Assembly (NCBI GenBank): GCA_963546395.1
Contig: CAUUMS010000002.1
Span: forward strand, 12,585 to 76,584
DNA: 64,000 nt
Direction of reading: 5' to 3'
Source of the DNA: an uncultured Bacteroidia bacterium
GTDB taxonomy: Bacteria > Bacteroidota > Bacteroidia > Bacteroidales > CAJPTX01
In this document: in pieces, positions 38,108 to 47,250 of the stretch
Layout: each line of letters opens with the position of its first letter
How positions within the stretch are numbered: position 1 is the stretch's first letter
Notes under the pieces: model-generated
Told to the model about the DNA's origin: nothing
The model's input: the letters and a program-made list of their open reading frames with translations, nothing else
Database searches by the model: none
Position numbers and translations under genes: made by a program

Positions 38108-38656
38108 GTGGAGGTAGGTCTCTACTTCGGCACCTTCGATCCCATCCACAACGGTCACCTCGCCCTTGCGGGCTACGTGTTGGGGCAGCAGCTTGTGGAA
38201 GAGCTGTGGTTTGTCCCATCACCGCAGAGCCCCTACAAGCAGGATCGCCTTATAGCCCCTGCTGCGGATAGGTGTGCAGCCATCCGCAGGGTCATCGATC
38301 GCCTGGCGGATCCGCAACTCGCCCTCTGCGACGTGGAGCTCGAGCTACCTACGCCCTCGTACACCATATGCACGCTCCGCGAGCTACATCGACGTTACCC
38401 CTCCGTGCGTTTCACGCTGGTCATGGGGGCGGATAGTGCAGTTGCTCTACCGCAGTGGCGAGAGGGTAGTACTATTGCGTCTAGCTATCGAGTCCTCGTC
38501 TACCCTCGTCGTGGTCACCCCCTCCCTCCTTCCCTGTTATCCCAATATCCACTCCTTGAGGCTATTGATGCGCCGCTGGTGGAGATCAGCTCTACAGCCA
38601 TCCGTGAGGGCCGTGCCCGTGGCCAGAACATGGACTTCTACACGCCGCTAGTGTGA
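38108..38656 (+). CDS. nadD: nicotinate-nucleotide adenylyltransferase
   Basis: GTFDPIHNGH motif near the N-terminus (GTG start) and the ISSTAIR motif. Confidence 0.9.
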   Translation: MEVGLYFGTFDPIHNGHLALAGYVLGQQLVEELWFVPSPQSPYKQDRLIAPAADRCAAIRRVIDRLADPQLALCDVELELPTPSYTICTLRELHRRYPSVRFTLVMGADSAVALPQWREGSTIASSYRVLVYPRRGHPLPPSLLSQYPLLEAIDAPLVEISSTAIREGRARGQNMDFYTPLV

Positions 38657-38883
38657 TGCCTTGCAGGTGAAACCTTCAGTTGCCTCTGCGACCCGCGCGG
38701 TGCACCGTCCCTCCAAATAGACCAGAAAGGGCCCATACCGTCCCGAAACCACCTCCCTCTCCCACGTACCTTTGGGGGTTGCCCATCGCCCTCTCTTGCC
38801 TCGTTTGCAGGCCTCCTAGCGTCTGCCTGCGACTTGCTCTCGGACTCTACCAATAGCCCTCAGCCGCAGCCTAGGGGCTCAGC

Positions 38884-39810
38884 TCATGCCTCTCCTAGCG
38901 TCTCACCGGGCAAAAATCCATACTCGTACACCTTGGGCATAATACGTATGCGCAGCTCCTCCATTGCGGCTCGCAGCGCATCCAGCAGCCGGCAGTACTC
39001 TGCGTTGTCGCTCTTGCTGTTCATCTTGCCCTTGGCATTGTGCCCCTGGAAGTACAGGCGAATGTCGTAGTAGGCTGCATCCACCAATGCTTTGGGCTGG
39101 CTATGGTAGTATTGCCACAGGGCTCGTCCAGCAGCGAAAACGTCCTGGGCAGCCTCACCAAACTCTATCGGAGCGTTGGGAATTGTAGACTCGCCGCCCC
39201 GGAATAGCCCCCCTTCCATGGGCTCAGCTAGCCGACCTCCCATGTAGTCGGTCATGAAATGGCTTGCAAATAGCCCGTGGGCTCCCACCTCAGCCTCGGT
39301 GAAAGGTATCCAGTGGTTCTGCCCTTTCTCGACGCTAATCCGATTCTTGCTGTTGAATAGGCAGAAGGCCAGACCGTCCCGATTGCGACAGGACAGAAAG
39401 CCCAGCACCTCATCCGCAGCGTGAGTGTGTGACCATCATCCAGTCCGTGATACTGCATCGAGCGTCAATGTTGCCGATCACCTTGTGCCCTTCCAGCTGA
39501 CCCATGCCACCGTACACGTCAGCCTCTACCCGTGTGAATGGTTGAGGCGAGCCCCTGTCTCATGCGCCGAAGCCAATGGGGCAATTCTCATGCACGTCGT
39601 CGAAAGGGCTAGAAATAGCGAGTGCGGCCGTGCCTGGTATGCACCCCAGAACCGGCGAAAATTGTCACCCACTAGCACCTTTAGGGTGAAAAATGCGCCC
39701 AGCGTGCACCTCGTGAGCTCCCATTGCATGCGGGTCGTGTCGTAGGGGCCAAACCAGTCTTGCCCCACCCGCATCTTGAGCTCCTCTTCCCGAATATTAC
39801 CGTACTTCAT
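38884..39810 (-). pseudogene. multiply frameshifted remnant of a ~300-aa conserved hypothetical gene
   Basis: Protein-like sequence runs through at least three or four frames. The pieces are MKYGNIREEELKMRVGQDWFGPYDTTRMQWE..., IPGTAALAISSPFDDVHENCPIGFGA, FTRVEADVYGGMGQLEGHKVIGNIDA and AADEVLGFLSCRNRDG...KVYEYGFLPGE. They are separated by stops at about 39526 and 39412. Confidence 0.55.
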
Positions 39811-39832
39811 GGCTAACCTTAGAGCCGATGCG

Positions 39833-40507
39833 CTACCAGGTGATGGTGCCGCGCCCCTGGGCCTGGAGGTAGGCGTTGGCCTGCTGGAAGTGCCCGCAGC
39901 CAAAGAATCCACGCTGTGCCGACAGTGGCGATGGGTGAGGTGCCGTCAGCACGAGATTCTCTTGCTCATTGATGAGCCGTGCCTTGCGTATGGCGTTGTT
40001 GCCCCACAGCATGTAGGCGCAGTGCGGCACGTGCTCCGAGATGTGGCGTATAATGTAGTCCGTCACCGTTTCCCAGCCTAGCCCGAAGTGCGAGAGGCTC
40101 TGCCCCGCGCGCACGGTGAGCGTCGTGTTGAGCAGGAGCACCCCCTGCCGAGCCCACCGGCTCAGGTCGCCCTCCGTGGAGCATGCCTGCCCGAGCTCGC
40201 TCTGTATCTCCTTGAAGATGTTCTGTAGCGAGGGGGGCAAACTGACACCCTGTGGTACCGAGAACGAGAGCCCCATGGCCTGTCCCGGATTGATGTACGG
40301 ATCCTGCCCCAGAATCACCACCCGCGTCTCTTGGGGCTCAAAGAATGTCAGGGCCCTGAAGATGTTCTCCGTGCTCGGATATATCGTGTACTTGGTGACC
40401 TCGGCCTCCAGTATGCGCGTAAGCTGCCGCAGCGAGCCCTGCGTGTTAGGCGTTTGTAGTACCGATTGCCACCCCGTGGGCAGCTGGGCTATGAGCGTGT
40501 TCAGCAT
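39833..40507 (-). CDS. ung: uracil-DNA glycosylase (family 1)
   Basis: GQDPY, GVLLLN and HPSPLS motifs. The ATG overlaps the upstream stop (TGATG at 40505-40509). Confidence 0.9.
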   Translation of the reverse strand: MLNTLIAQLPTGWQSVLQTPNTQGSLRQLTRILEAEVTKYTIYPSTENIFRALTFFEPQETRVVILGQDPYINPGQAMGLSFSVPQGVSLPPSLQNIFKEIQSELGQACSTEGDLSRWARQGVLLLNTTLTVRAGQSLSHFGLGWETVTDYIIRHISEHVPHCAYMLWGNNAIRKARLINEQENLVLTAPHPSPLSAQRGFFGCGHFQQANAYLQAQGRGTITW

Positions 40508-42084
40508 CACTTGTTCTCCCGGACAAACCGTCCCTTGATGTAACGGTATTGCCATTGGCTTATGATGAGTCGATTCTGTGCCATCCCCTGCTGTTGCATC
40601 GGGATGTCCTCCTCCAGCGTGTGTATAGAGCCCCCCGTGCGGTACGCTATCGTTATGTAGTCCTCATGCGGGGGTAGGGATGTCCTACCGGGTTGTGCCC
40701 CGCACAGCAGCACGTGCACTGGCATCTGCACCTCCCCCAGCAGGGCTATATCGCGCACAGGACTCGTGTTGTCGGCTATCAGCACCAGGCTCGAGGCCTC
40801 TGGGTAGCGAGCCTGTGCGGCCAGCAGGGCCTCCACGTCGTTCTCATCCTCACCGCCACTACATCCGTGCGAGATGCTTCGCAGCAGCGTGTCAACCGTC
40901 TGCTTGAAATTCGGTGGGCTGAAATGGATTCCCCCCGTGCGCCCTAGCACCTTGAGCGAATCGGGCTTGCCGTCCCCGTCGTTGAAGAAGGCACTCCCCA
41001 CGGTTCGTTGGCTATTGTTCGATAGGGTGAGCCACAGCAGGTATTGCTCGATGTGGGGATCCATGCTGCACGTCACATCCACCACGTAGGCGGCCTTGTT
41101 CCACCCATTCCGCAGGAGCGGGCGTAGCACCTCCATGTGGGTGCGTGTGGCGTACTTGGGATCCTCCTTCTGCGCTTCGTGCAGCGACTGGCGTAGCAGG
41201 TAGATTCCCGTCTCCACCTGCTTGGTAATCTTGGGGGTCGGCTTCAGGGGCCGCTGCGGAATGCAGTATGCAATGTTTGGCGATGCGGCTTTAGCCTTAC
41301 GGAAGTGGTGCCGCGCTATGCGCACGCTGTCCTGCCGTGTCTTCATGGCCACACCCTTACGGGCCATCGGCGTTTCGCCCCCCGCATCGGCCTTCGGTTT
41401 GGCGGCCCGTGGGGCCCGTTGCAAGCCCCACTCTAGCTTCAGCTCCGCCGTCTGTAGGGGAGGGCTTGTGGTGAAGGTGTGCGTATCAAAGTTCTCTAAC
41501 CCCCGCACGCTGAAGGTGTAACGATCGCCCAGAGGCACATTCAGCCTGGCTTTCCCCTCCTTATCCGTGGTGGCGCTGAACTGCTCCCCCTTCGAGTTGC
41601 GTGCCGTCAGCTGCTGGTTGACCCACGGCTTCCCCACGCTATCCAGGTAGGTGAACAGCACGAGTCCATTCCCCTCGCTGGCCGTGCGACCCGCCATGCG
41701 CTCGGGGGGAAGCTGTATCTCTACCGACTCGTCCCGGTTGCTCGTCCCCTTGGTGGTGAAAGTGGTGAACTTGCTGAACTTTTCCACGCTCACTGCGTAG
41801 TTAGCCCCCGGCAACAGCGTGACAAATCCTAGCCCGTACTGATTCGTGCTGCATTGCGACGCATCCTTCACGTCAACTCCCGTGAGCCGCACCCGCCCCT
41901 GGTAGGGTTTCCCCTGGGCATCCCGCACCTCTAGCCTCACCACGATGCGCCCGGGTTTACTCCCACGCTTGCCCTGGGTGGAGTGATGTAGCCCCTCACC
42001 GGCCATCAAAGGTCCCGTGCCCAGAAGCAGCAGGCCCACCGCTAGCAGGCACCGCAGGCTCACCCATCTTGCTACGCCTTCCAT
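40507..42084 (-). CDS. secreted protein with two CarboxypepD_reg-like Ig domains and a C-terminal vWA-like domain
   Basis: Signal-like N-terminus from MEGVARWVSLRCLLAVGLLLLG and a MIDAS-like VVDVTCSMD. It overlaps the upstream sensor gene by 13 bp. Confidence 0.6.
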   Translation of the reverse strand: MEGVARWVSLRCLLAVGLLLLGTGPLMAGEGLHHSTQGKRGSKPGRIVVRLEVRDAQGKPYQGRVRLTGVDVKDASQCSTNQYGLGFVTLLPGANYAVSVEKFSKFTTFTTKGTSNRDESVEIQLPPERMAGRTASEGNGLVLFTYLDSVGKPWVNQQLTARNSKGEQFSATTDKEGKARLNVPLGDRYTFSVRGLENFDTHTFTTSPPLQTAELKLEWGLQRAPRAAKPKADAGGETPMARKGVAMKTRQDSVRIARHHFRKAKAASPNIAYCIPQRPLKPTPKITKQVETGIYLLRQSLHEAQKEDPKYATRTHMEVLRPLLRNGWNKAAYVVDVTCSMDPHIEQYLLWLTLSNNSQRTVGSAFFNDGDGKPDSLKVLGRTGGIHFSPPNFKQTVDTLLRSISHGCSGGEDENDVEALLAAQARYPEASSLVLIADNTSPVRDIALLGEVQMPVHVLLCGAQPGRTSLPPHEDYITIAYRTGGSIHTLEEDIPMQQQGMAQNRLIISQWQYRYIKGRFVRENK

Positions 42085-44384
42085 TGTTCGTATGAAAGCT
42101 TGATGATCTTCAGCACCTCGTTGAGCTGATTCTTGATGGGGATGTAGAATTCGGTCAGGTGCACCGTTGTTCCGTCGATTGTCATCTCGCACTCCAGCCG
42201 CTGGCTCGTGCCGTGGCGCAGATTGTGCCAGAAGTCCTCATACTGCATCCGGCTCCAGCCCGGCACAGTGATGGTATCGGCAAAGTGGGAGCCCACCACC
42301 AACTCACGCCGTCGGCCGATGCGTGCTAGGTACCTATCGCTGGCATCGGTGATGAAGCCATCCAGGTTGTACTCCACGTAGTACATCATGCTGGCCAGCG
42401 TGCGGATCAGATTATCCGTCTCTGCGCTGCGCCGAGAGGCCTCCTCTTGGGTAGCGCGTAACGCCTCGAGGTTCTGGTGGAGCTCCTCGTCCCGATTGGC
42501 TAACGCCTCAGCCTGCTCGCGCGACTGTTGTAGCAGCTGCCGGGTGCGTACCCCCACTCGTACGCTGAAGAAGCTTGAGGCCACGGGCAACGAGAGGCTC
42601 CGCAGGAAATCCACCACATGCGGCTCAAACATGTTGAACGATGCAAGCTCGATAACGCCCAGGCTCTCCTCTTCATGCAGGAGGGGGAGGAAGACCAGTG
42701 CCCGCGGTTCCGCCTCGCCCACTCCGGCCAGGATGGTGGAGTAGTGGGGTGGTACATCGGTCACGAGCTGCACCTCGCGCTCCATGGCGCACGCCCCCAC
42801 AAGTCCCACCCCGTAGGGGATGCGATCCTCGAGGTACCGTTTCCGATCCCAGGCAAAGGCACTCTTCAGGTAGTACTCTCGCTCGCCCGTGCGCTGTGCC
42901 AGCTCATCGTCCAGCAGGTAGAGCCCCCCCTGTTGCGCGCCCACGAATTCGATCAGCCTGCGCAGAAGCTGATCGCAGAGCTCATCGAAGTTGTCTGGGT
43001 AGCTCCGTAGCAGCTCGCCAAAGGTGGCTAAGCCCTGACTCGCCCAGGTGCGTTGCGCATTCTCCCGCTCGCGGGCCGCTTGCAGTGCCTGCGCCTCACG
43101 GAGGCTGTTGCGCATCCCAATCAGCGATTGCCCCAGCGTGTCATCCTCGCTCAGCAGGGCGATGTCTTGCGTCAGGTCGCCGTGCCCAATGCGTTCCGCC
43201 AGCCTGTTCTTAGTGCCCAGCCCATCGATGAGCGCATTCAGCGCATGCGCCATGTCCTCAATCTCATTGCCCGTGGCGATGTGGAGCTTGAGATCCTCTG
43301 AGATCGATCCACGCCCCAGCGTTCGCAGCGTGGCCGTGACGGCTTCGATGGGCTTCGAGATGTGGTTCGACACGTTGACCAGAATCACTACCAGCACCAG
43401 CAGTGCCACCAGGCCCACTAGTAGCGCGATGCGTAAGCTCCGGTTGGCCGAGGCCTGAATGACCTCCACCGGCACCCGGATCCCAAGGGCCCAATACACG
43501 TTCGACTGGTACATCTTCACCGGCACGATGGCGATGTAGTGCTGCCGTCCATCCCTGTCCGAGGTGGTGAAGGTGTGGGTGCGCCCCGTCTTGATCGCCT
43601 CACGTAGCCCCTCGCGCGCCGTGGATTGCGGGAACAGAAACTCGATGGGCTTCATCAGCAGCGAGTCGCTCGGGTATGCCGCTATGGTTCCCTCATTCGA
43701 CACCAGGAACGCCGTGCTCCCCTCGTAGGGCTGAAGGCTGAACACCAGCTTTTGCAGCCAGTCCAGCGCAATGTCGCAGGCCACCAGCCCGGCAAACTGC
43801 CCATCCTTGCGCATGGGGGCCGCCACGGTGGTCATCAGCACCCGGTTCGCCAGATTCGTCGACGTGATGTCGAGGTAGGGCTCCCAGATCGAGGCGATAT
43901 TCCTTGCCTTGAACTCTGCGTACTGCCTCGTGTCGCCCGTCAGGCTCAGAATCATGTTCGAGGTGTCGATCCCCCCCTCCGCATTGCGGAGGAAGGCCCG
44001 TGAGACGCGCCCGTAGGGTTTGTTGTAATCCGGCTTGAAACAGGAGAACTCGTACGAGTCCCACAGGGCTATCAGGTCGGGATGCGTGGCGTACACGCGG
44101 CCCATCATGTCTAGATGCTCGCGCTGCCACTGCGCCAGGGGCTTCTCGGTGAAGCTTGAGAACGCATCGGCAAGCGTGGTGCTGGCCGACATGTACTGCT
44201 CGAAACGGCAGCTCACCTCGTAGGCTGCTCGTTCGGCGCTCAGCAGCACCGTCTCATACGTGTCACGGAGGATCACCTCCCGCGTGGAGCTCACAATGTA
44301 GCCCACCGAGGCCACGTAGATGAGCCCCGAGACGGAGAGAACCAGGAACAGAATCTTGTACTTAATGCGTAGCCGAATCGCCAT
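42072..44384 (-). CDS. membrane sensor TM-Cache-TM-HAMP-GAF-coiled coil-PAS with no recognisable output domain
   Basis: Two TM helices bracket a ~280-aa periplasmic region. A HAMP domain (SKPIEAVTATLRTL...IEDMAHALNALI), a GAF domain (GGLYLLDDE...LGVIELASF) and a terminal PAS domain follow. The protein ends right after the PAS. Confidence 0.75.
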   Translation of the reverse strand: MAIRLRIKYKILFLVLSVSGLIYVASVGYIVSSTREVILRDTYETVLLSAERAAYEVSCRFEQYMSASTTLADAFSSFTEKPLAQWQREHLDMMGRVYATHPDLIALWDSYEFSCFKPDYNKPYGRVSRAFLRNAEGGIDTSNMILSLTGDTRQYAEFKARNIASIWEPYLDITSTNLANRVLMTTVAAPMRKDGQFAGLVACDIALDWLQKLVFSLQPYEGSTAFLVSNEGTIAAYPSDSLLMKPIEFLFPQSTAREGLREAIKTGRTHTFTTSDRDGRQHYIAIVPVKMYQSNVYWALGIRVPVEVIQASANRSLRIALLVGLVALLVLVVILVNVSNHISKPIEAVTATLRTLGRGSISEDLKLHIATGNEIEDMAHALNALIDGLGTKNRLAERIGHGDLTQDIALLSEDDTLGQSLIGMRNSLREAQALQAARERENAQRTWASQGLATFGELLRSYPDNFDELCDQLLRRLIEFVGAQQGGLYLLDDELAQRTGEREYYLKSAFAWDRKRYLEDRIPYGVGLVGACAMEREVQLVTDVPPHYSTILAGVGEAEPRALVFLPLLHEEESLGVIELASFNMFEPHVVDFLRSLSLPVASSFFSVRVGVRTRQLLQQSREQAEALANRDEELHQNLEALRATQEEASRRSAETDNLIRTLASMMYYVEYNLDGFITDASDRYLARIGRRRELVVGSHFADTITVPGWSRMQYEDFWHNLRHGTSQRLECEMTIDGTTVHLTEFYIPIKNQLNEVLKIIKLSYEQWKA

Positions 44385-44460
44385 GGCCAATACCTGGGCA
44401 GGGTGTGAAGGGGAGGGCGAGTAGCGTCGCACAGTGCGCCGATGCCTCTACCCTGTTGTG

Positions 44461-44468
44461 CAAAAGTA
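44461..44468 (-). promoter_or_regulatory. candidate -7 box TACTTTTG for the sensor operon
   Basis: Matches TAnnTTTG on the minus strand, 77 bp upstream of the ATG at 44384. Confidence 0.4.
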
Positions 44469-44724
44469 CGAAAAAATGCCGCTGGCAGCCCTCCGTATCT
44501 TCCCTAAGCGTGCGTGCCGCACCTCTCTTTGGTCTGTAGACCGACAAAGCCCACAACCTCCTTTCCCATGAGCTCTGCCAAACATTGCATGTGTAGACAA
44601 TGTACAAATAATATGAGACAGAAACGGGGGTGGCTTGTCAGGTATTATGGGCCGTACGCCCTGGATATCTCGCATTATGTCAAAATTTAATGTCCGTTAG
44701 GGTTGCGTTTCCAAAAGAATCGTC

Positions 44725-44732
44725 TACCTTTG
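44725..44732 (+). promoter_or_regulatory. candidate -7 box TACCTTTG (CTACCTTTGCG) for the ECF sigma gene
   Basis: Matches TAnnTTTG, ending 46 nt before the ATG at 44779. Confidence 0.5.
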
Positions 44733-44778
44733 CGTCGTGCTTGTTTAGACAATGTCAAACGAATAGGGGGACGACGGC

Positions 44779-45279
44779 ATGAACACGACCGAATTTCGCA
44801 ATGAGCTGGTGGCACTGGAATCCAGTTTGCTGCGCTTTGCCCACAGCCTGACCGCTAGCAATGAGGACGCGCTCGATCTGTTGCAGGAAACCTACCTCCG
44901 CGCGCTGATGTTCCAGGACTCGTTCCGTGAGAATACCAACCTGAAGGCTTGGACTTTCACCATCATGCGGAACACCTTCATTAACAACTACCGCAGGCTC
45001 TCGCGCAAGAACACGACCTTCGACGATTCCGATGACCAACGCGTGCTCAACAATCGGATCGGCGAGAGCACGGCTGACGGCGACCTCGCCTACCAGGAGG
45101 TGCTCGGGGCCATCGATAGCCTGAGTGACGACTTCCGCCTACCGCTCCAGATGCATACTCACGGCTACAAGTACCGCGAGATTGCCGATGAGCTCAACCT
45201 GTGCATCGGCACGGTGAAGAGCCGCATTTTCTTCTCACGCCAGAAGCTGATGGCGCAGCTGCCCGGCCACGTCGAGTAG
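44779..45279 (+). CDS. ECF-type RNA polymerase sigma-70 family factor
   Basis: Region 2 (DLLQETYLRA...WTFTIMRNTFINNYR) and region 4 (YREIADELNLCIGTVKSRI). Confidence 0.85.
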   Translation: MNTTEFRNELVALESSLLRFAHSLTASNEDALDLLQETYLRALMFQDSFRENTNLKAWTFTIMRNTFINNYRRLSRKNTTFDDSDDQRVLNNRIGESTADGDLAYQEVLGAIDSLSDDFRLPLQMHTHGYKYREIADELNLCIGTVKSRIFFSRQKLMAQLPGHVE

Positions 45280-45309
45280 GCTGCCCACGTACGTTTCCAA
45301 CTTTGGATG

Positions 45310-45347
45310 CGCCGGCCCCGTGCTGCACGGGGCCGGCGTTTCTGTTT
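45310..45347 (+). terminator. rho-independent terminator after the sigma gene
   Basis: 13-bp stem cgccggccccgtg / cacggggccggcg, followed by a T-rich tract tttctgttt. Confidence 0.8.
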
Positions 45348-45639
45348 CAATGGGTGGTGCTCACCATTCGCGGCGCATACATTCCACCCTCAGCACCCGG
45401 GCCATCTTTACGGGTTGAGCGCGCAGGCCCTGCGTGCGCTCCTCGCGGCATCTCCCTGTCAACGCCGACTCAAAGTCTCGCCACCCCCTAAGCGAGCAGC
45501 TCTAGCGCATGCACTCCGTATGCGATTTGTATTATAGCCGCTGATTATCAGCTATTTCACGTTGCCGTCTCGTGCCCATAAAAGCGGCAGCTCGAGCCTA
45601 TTACGGGCTGGTAGGGTGTCTTGCTAAAACCTATCAGCT

Positions 45640-45717
45640 ACGTAGCACCACCGTACCAACGCCGTAGTAAGTCCCAATTTAGTAGGCCAAAGTGCGGTTT
45701 TGCTACCTCGCAGCTAT
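45640..45717. repeat. copy B of the 11-bp phased GTA(G/C)CAA element
   Basis: Units cgtagcaccac/cgtaccaacgc/cgtagtaagtc align with copy A at 30 of 35 positions. It has the same ttgctac...ctcgc(g/a)gcta right flank but lacks one 11-bp unit. Confidence 0.55.
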
Positions 45718-45773
45718 GGGGTTGAGGGGGCTTTGGCTAGGGGATTGCTCCCAGCGGAGAGGCTTTACGGGGC

Positions 45774-46574
45774 TCAGGTGCCGGGACGATTGCCCCAGAG
45801 GTGGAGCTGTAGGCGGATGGCAAACCGCCAGTTGCGTCGCACGGCAATCGCAAGGGCCGCCTGCTGGCTCTCGGCCATCTCATCGGGGGTGCGGCCCACG
45901 GGCATCACGAAGAGCGGATGTCCCTCCCACCCGCGGAGCCGGCTGAGGTAGAGGGCCTCGATGCGTTGATCGTCCTCCGCATGCCCTACCACAAACTTCA
46001 GTTGCAGGCTCTCAGCCCTCGGGCACGCATCGAGCCACTGCTGTAGGGGGACAATGCAGTCGGCAGCACCGAGGGTGCCCCCGGGCGCAATGGGCTGAAG
46101 CTTGGGCGAGAGGCTGATGAGATCGATGCGCCGAGCAAGGCCGTCGTGGTAGAGGGTGCCATTGCTCTCCACGGTGATGTGGGGCATGCGCTGCGGGCGG
46201 AGTTGACGCAGGTGATCGATGAGCTCAACGAGTCCTTCGGCCTGTAGGAGCGGTTCGCCCCCAGTGATGACCAGGTGTGTAAGCGGCCCGAGGTGTTGGG
46301 CTATGCGCTGTGCGAGGGACAGCGTGCTCTCTTGCCAGGCCAGGCTATCGCTCAGGGCGTGGGGGGTGTCGCACGGAATGGTTTCCCCATTAGGGCCAGT
46401 CCACTGGCAGCGCAGATTGCAGCCCGCAAGGCGTAGGAACAGACTCGGCACGCCGCAGAGGAGACCCTCGCCTTGCAGGGTTCCGCTCTGGGGCAGCCCC
46501 ACACGGCTTAGGGGTTCATGCGGGGGAGAGGCGAGCGGGAAGAGTCCCTCAGGGGAGAGGCGTAGGGTGCCCAT
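45774..46574 (-). CDS. queE: 7-carboxy-7-deazaguanine synthase (radical SAM)
   Basis: LRLAGCNLRCQW...CDTP cluster motif and its position next to queC. Confidence 0.85.
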   Translation of the reverse strand: MGTLRLSPEGLFPLASPPHEPLSRVGLPQSGTLQGEGLLCGVPSLFLRLAGCNLRCQWTGPNGETIPCDTPHALSDSLAWQESTLSLAQRIAQHLGPLTHLVITGGEPLLQAEGLVELIDHLRQLRPQRMPHITVESNGTLYHDGLARRIDLISLSPKLQPIAPGGTLGAADCIVPLQQWLDACPRAESLQLKFVVGHAEDDQRIEALYLSRLRGWEGHPLFVMPVGRTPDEMAESQQAALAIAVRRNWRFAIRLQLHLWGNRPGT

Positions 46575-46578
46575 GCAG

Positions 46579-47250
46579 CTACCCGAGGAGCGGATCTGGG
46601 CTCCCGGCCTCCTGGAAGGCTCGCTGACGCAGTAGGCAGCTGTCGCAGTGACCGCATGGGGTGGTGTCGCCCTCGTAGCATGTCCAGGTGTGCGAGAAGT
46701 CTACACCCAGTTCGAGGCCCAGGCGCACCTCATCGGCCTTGCGCATGTGCAGGAAGGGGGCTACGAGACGTATGGGTTGCCCATGCGTGAGCTTGCGCTC
46801 GGTGCCCTGGTTGATGGCGGCCTCCATGGCCCGCACGAAGGATTCACGGCAGTCGACGTAGCCCGAGTAGTCGGCTTCGCTCACGCCGAGATAAATGGCA
46901 GAGGCACCGATGGATTCTGCGTGCGAGGCAGCTATGGCGAGGAATATCATGTTGCGCGCCGGCACGTACGAGGTGGGTGTCTCGCTGCGCGTCATGTCGC
47001 CGGGCTCGATGGGCGCGTCGTGATGAGTGAGCGAGTTGTCGCCCCACAGGGTGGCATCGAGCTGCACGAGCTTGAAGCTGGCCACGCCGGCGCGTTGAGC
47101 CTGCCAGCGGGCGCAGTCGAGCTCACGGCTGTGACGCTGGCCGTAGGCGAAGGCTAGGGCGTGCACCTGCCCACACTCACGGGCCGCAAGGTGCAGAACC
47201 ACCGTGGAGTCGAGGCCTCCAGAGAGAAGGACTATTGCCGTGCTATCCAT
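46579..47250 (-). CDS. queC: 7-cyano-7-deazaguanine synthase
   Basis: LLSGGLDSTV PP-loop and the C-terminal CGHCDSC zinc motif. The ATG overlaps the fabI stop (TAATG). Confidence 0.92.
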   Translation of the reverse strand: MDSTAIVLLSGGLDSTVVLHLAARECGQVHALAFAYGQRHSRELDCARWQAQRAGVASFKLVQLDATLWGDNSLTHHDAPIEPGDMTRSETPTSYVPARNMIFLAIAASHAESIGASAIYLGVSEADYSGYVDCRESFVRAMEAAINQGTERKLTHGQPIRLVAPFLHMRKADEVRLGLELGVDFSHTWTCYEGDTTPCGHCDSCLLRQRAFQEAGSPDPLLG

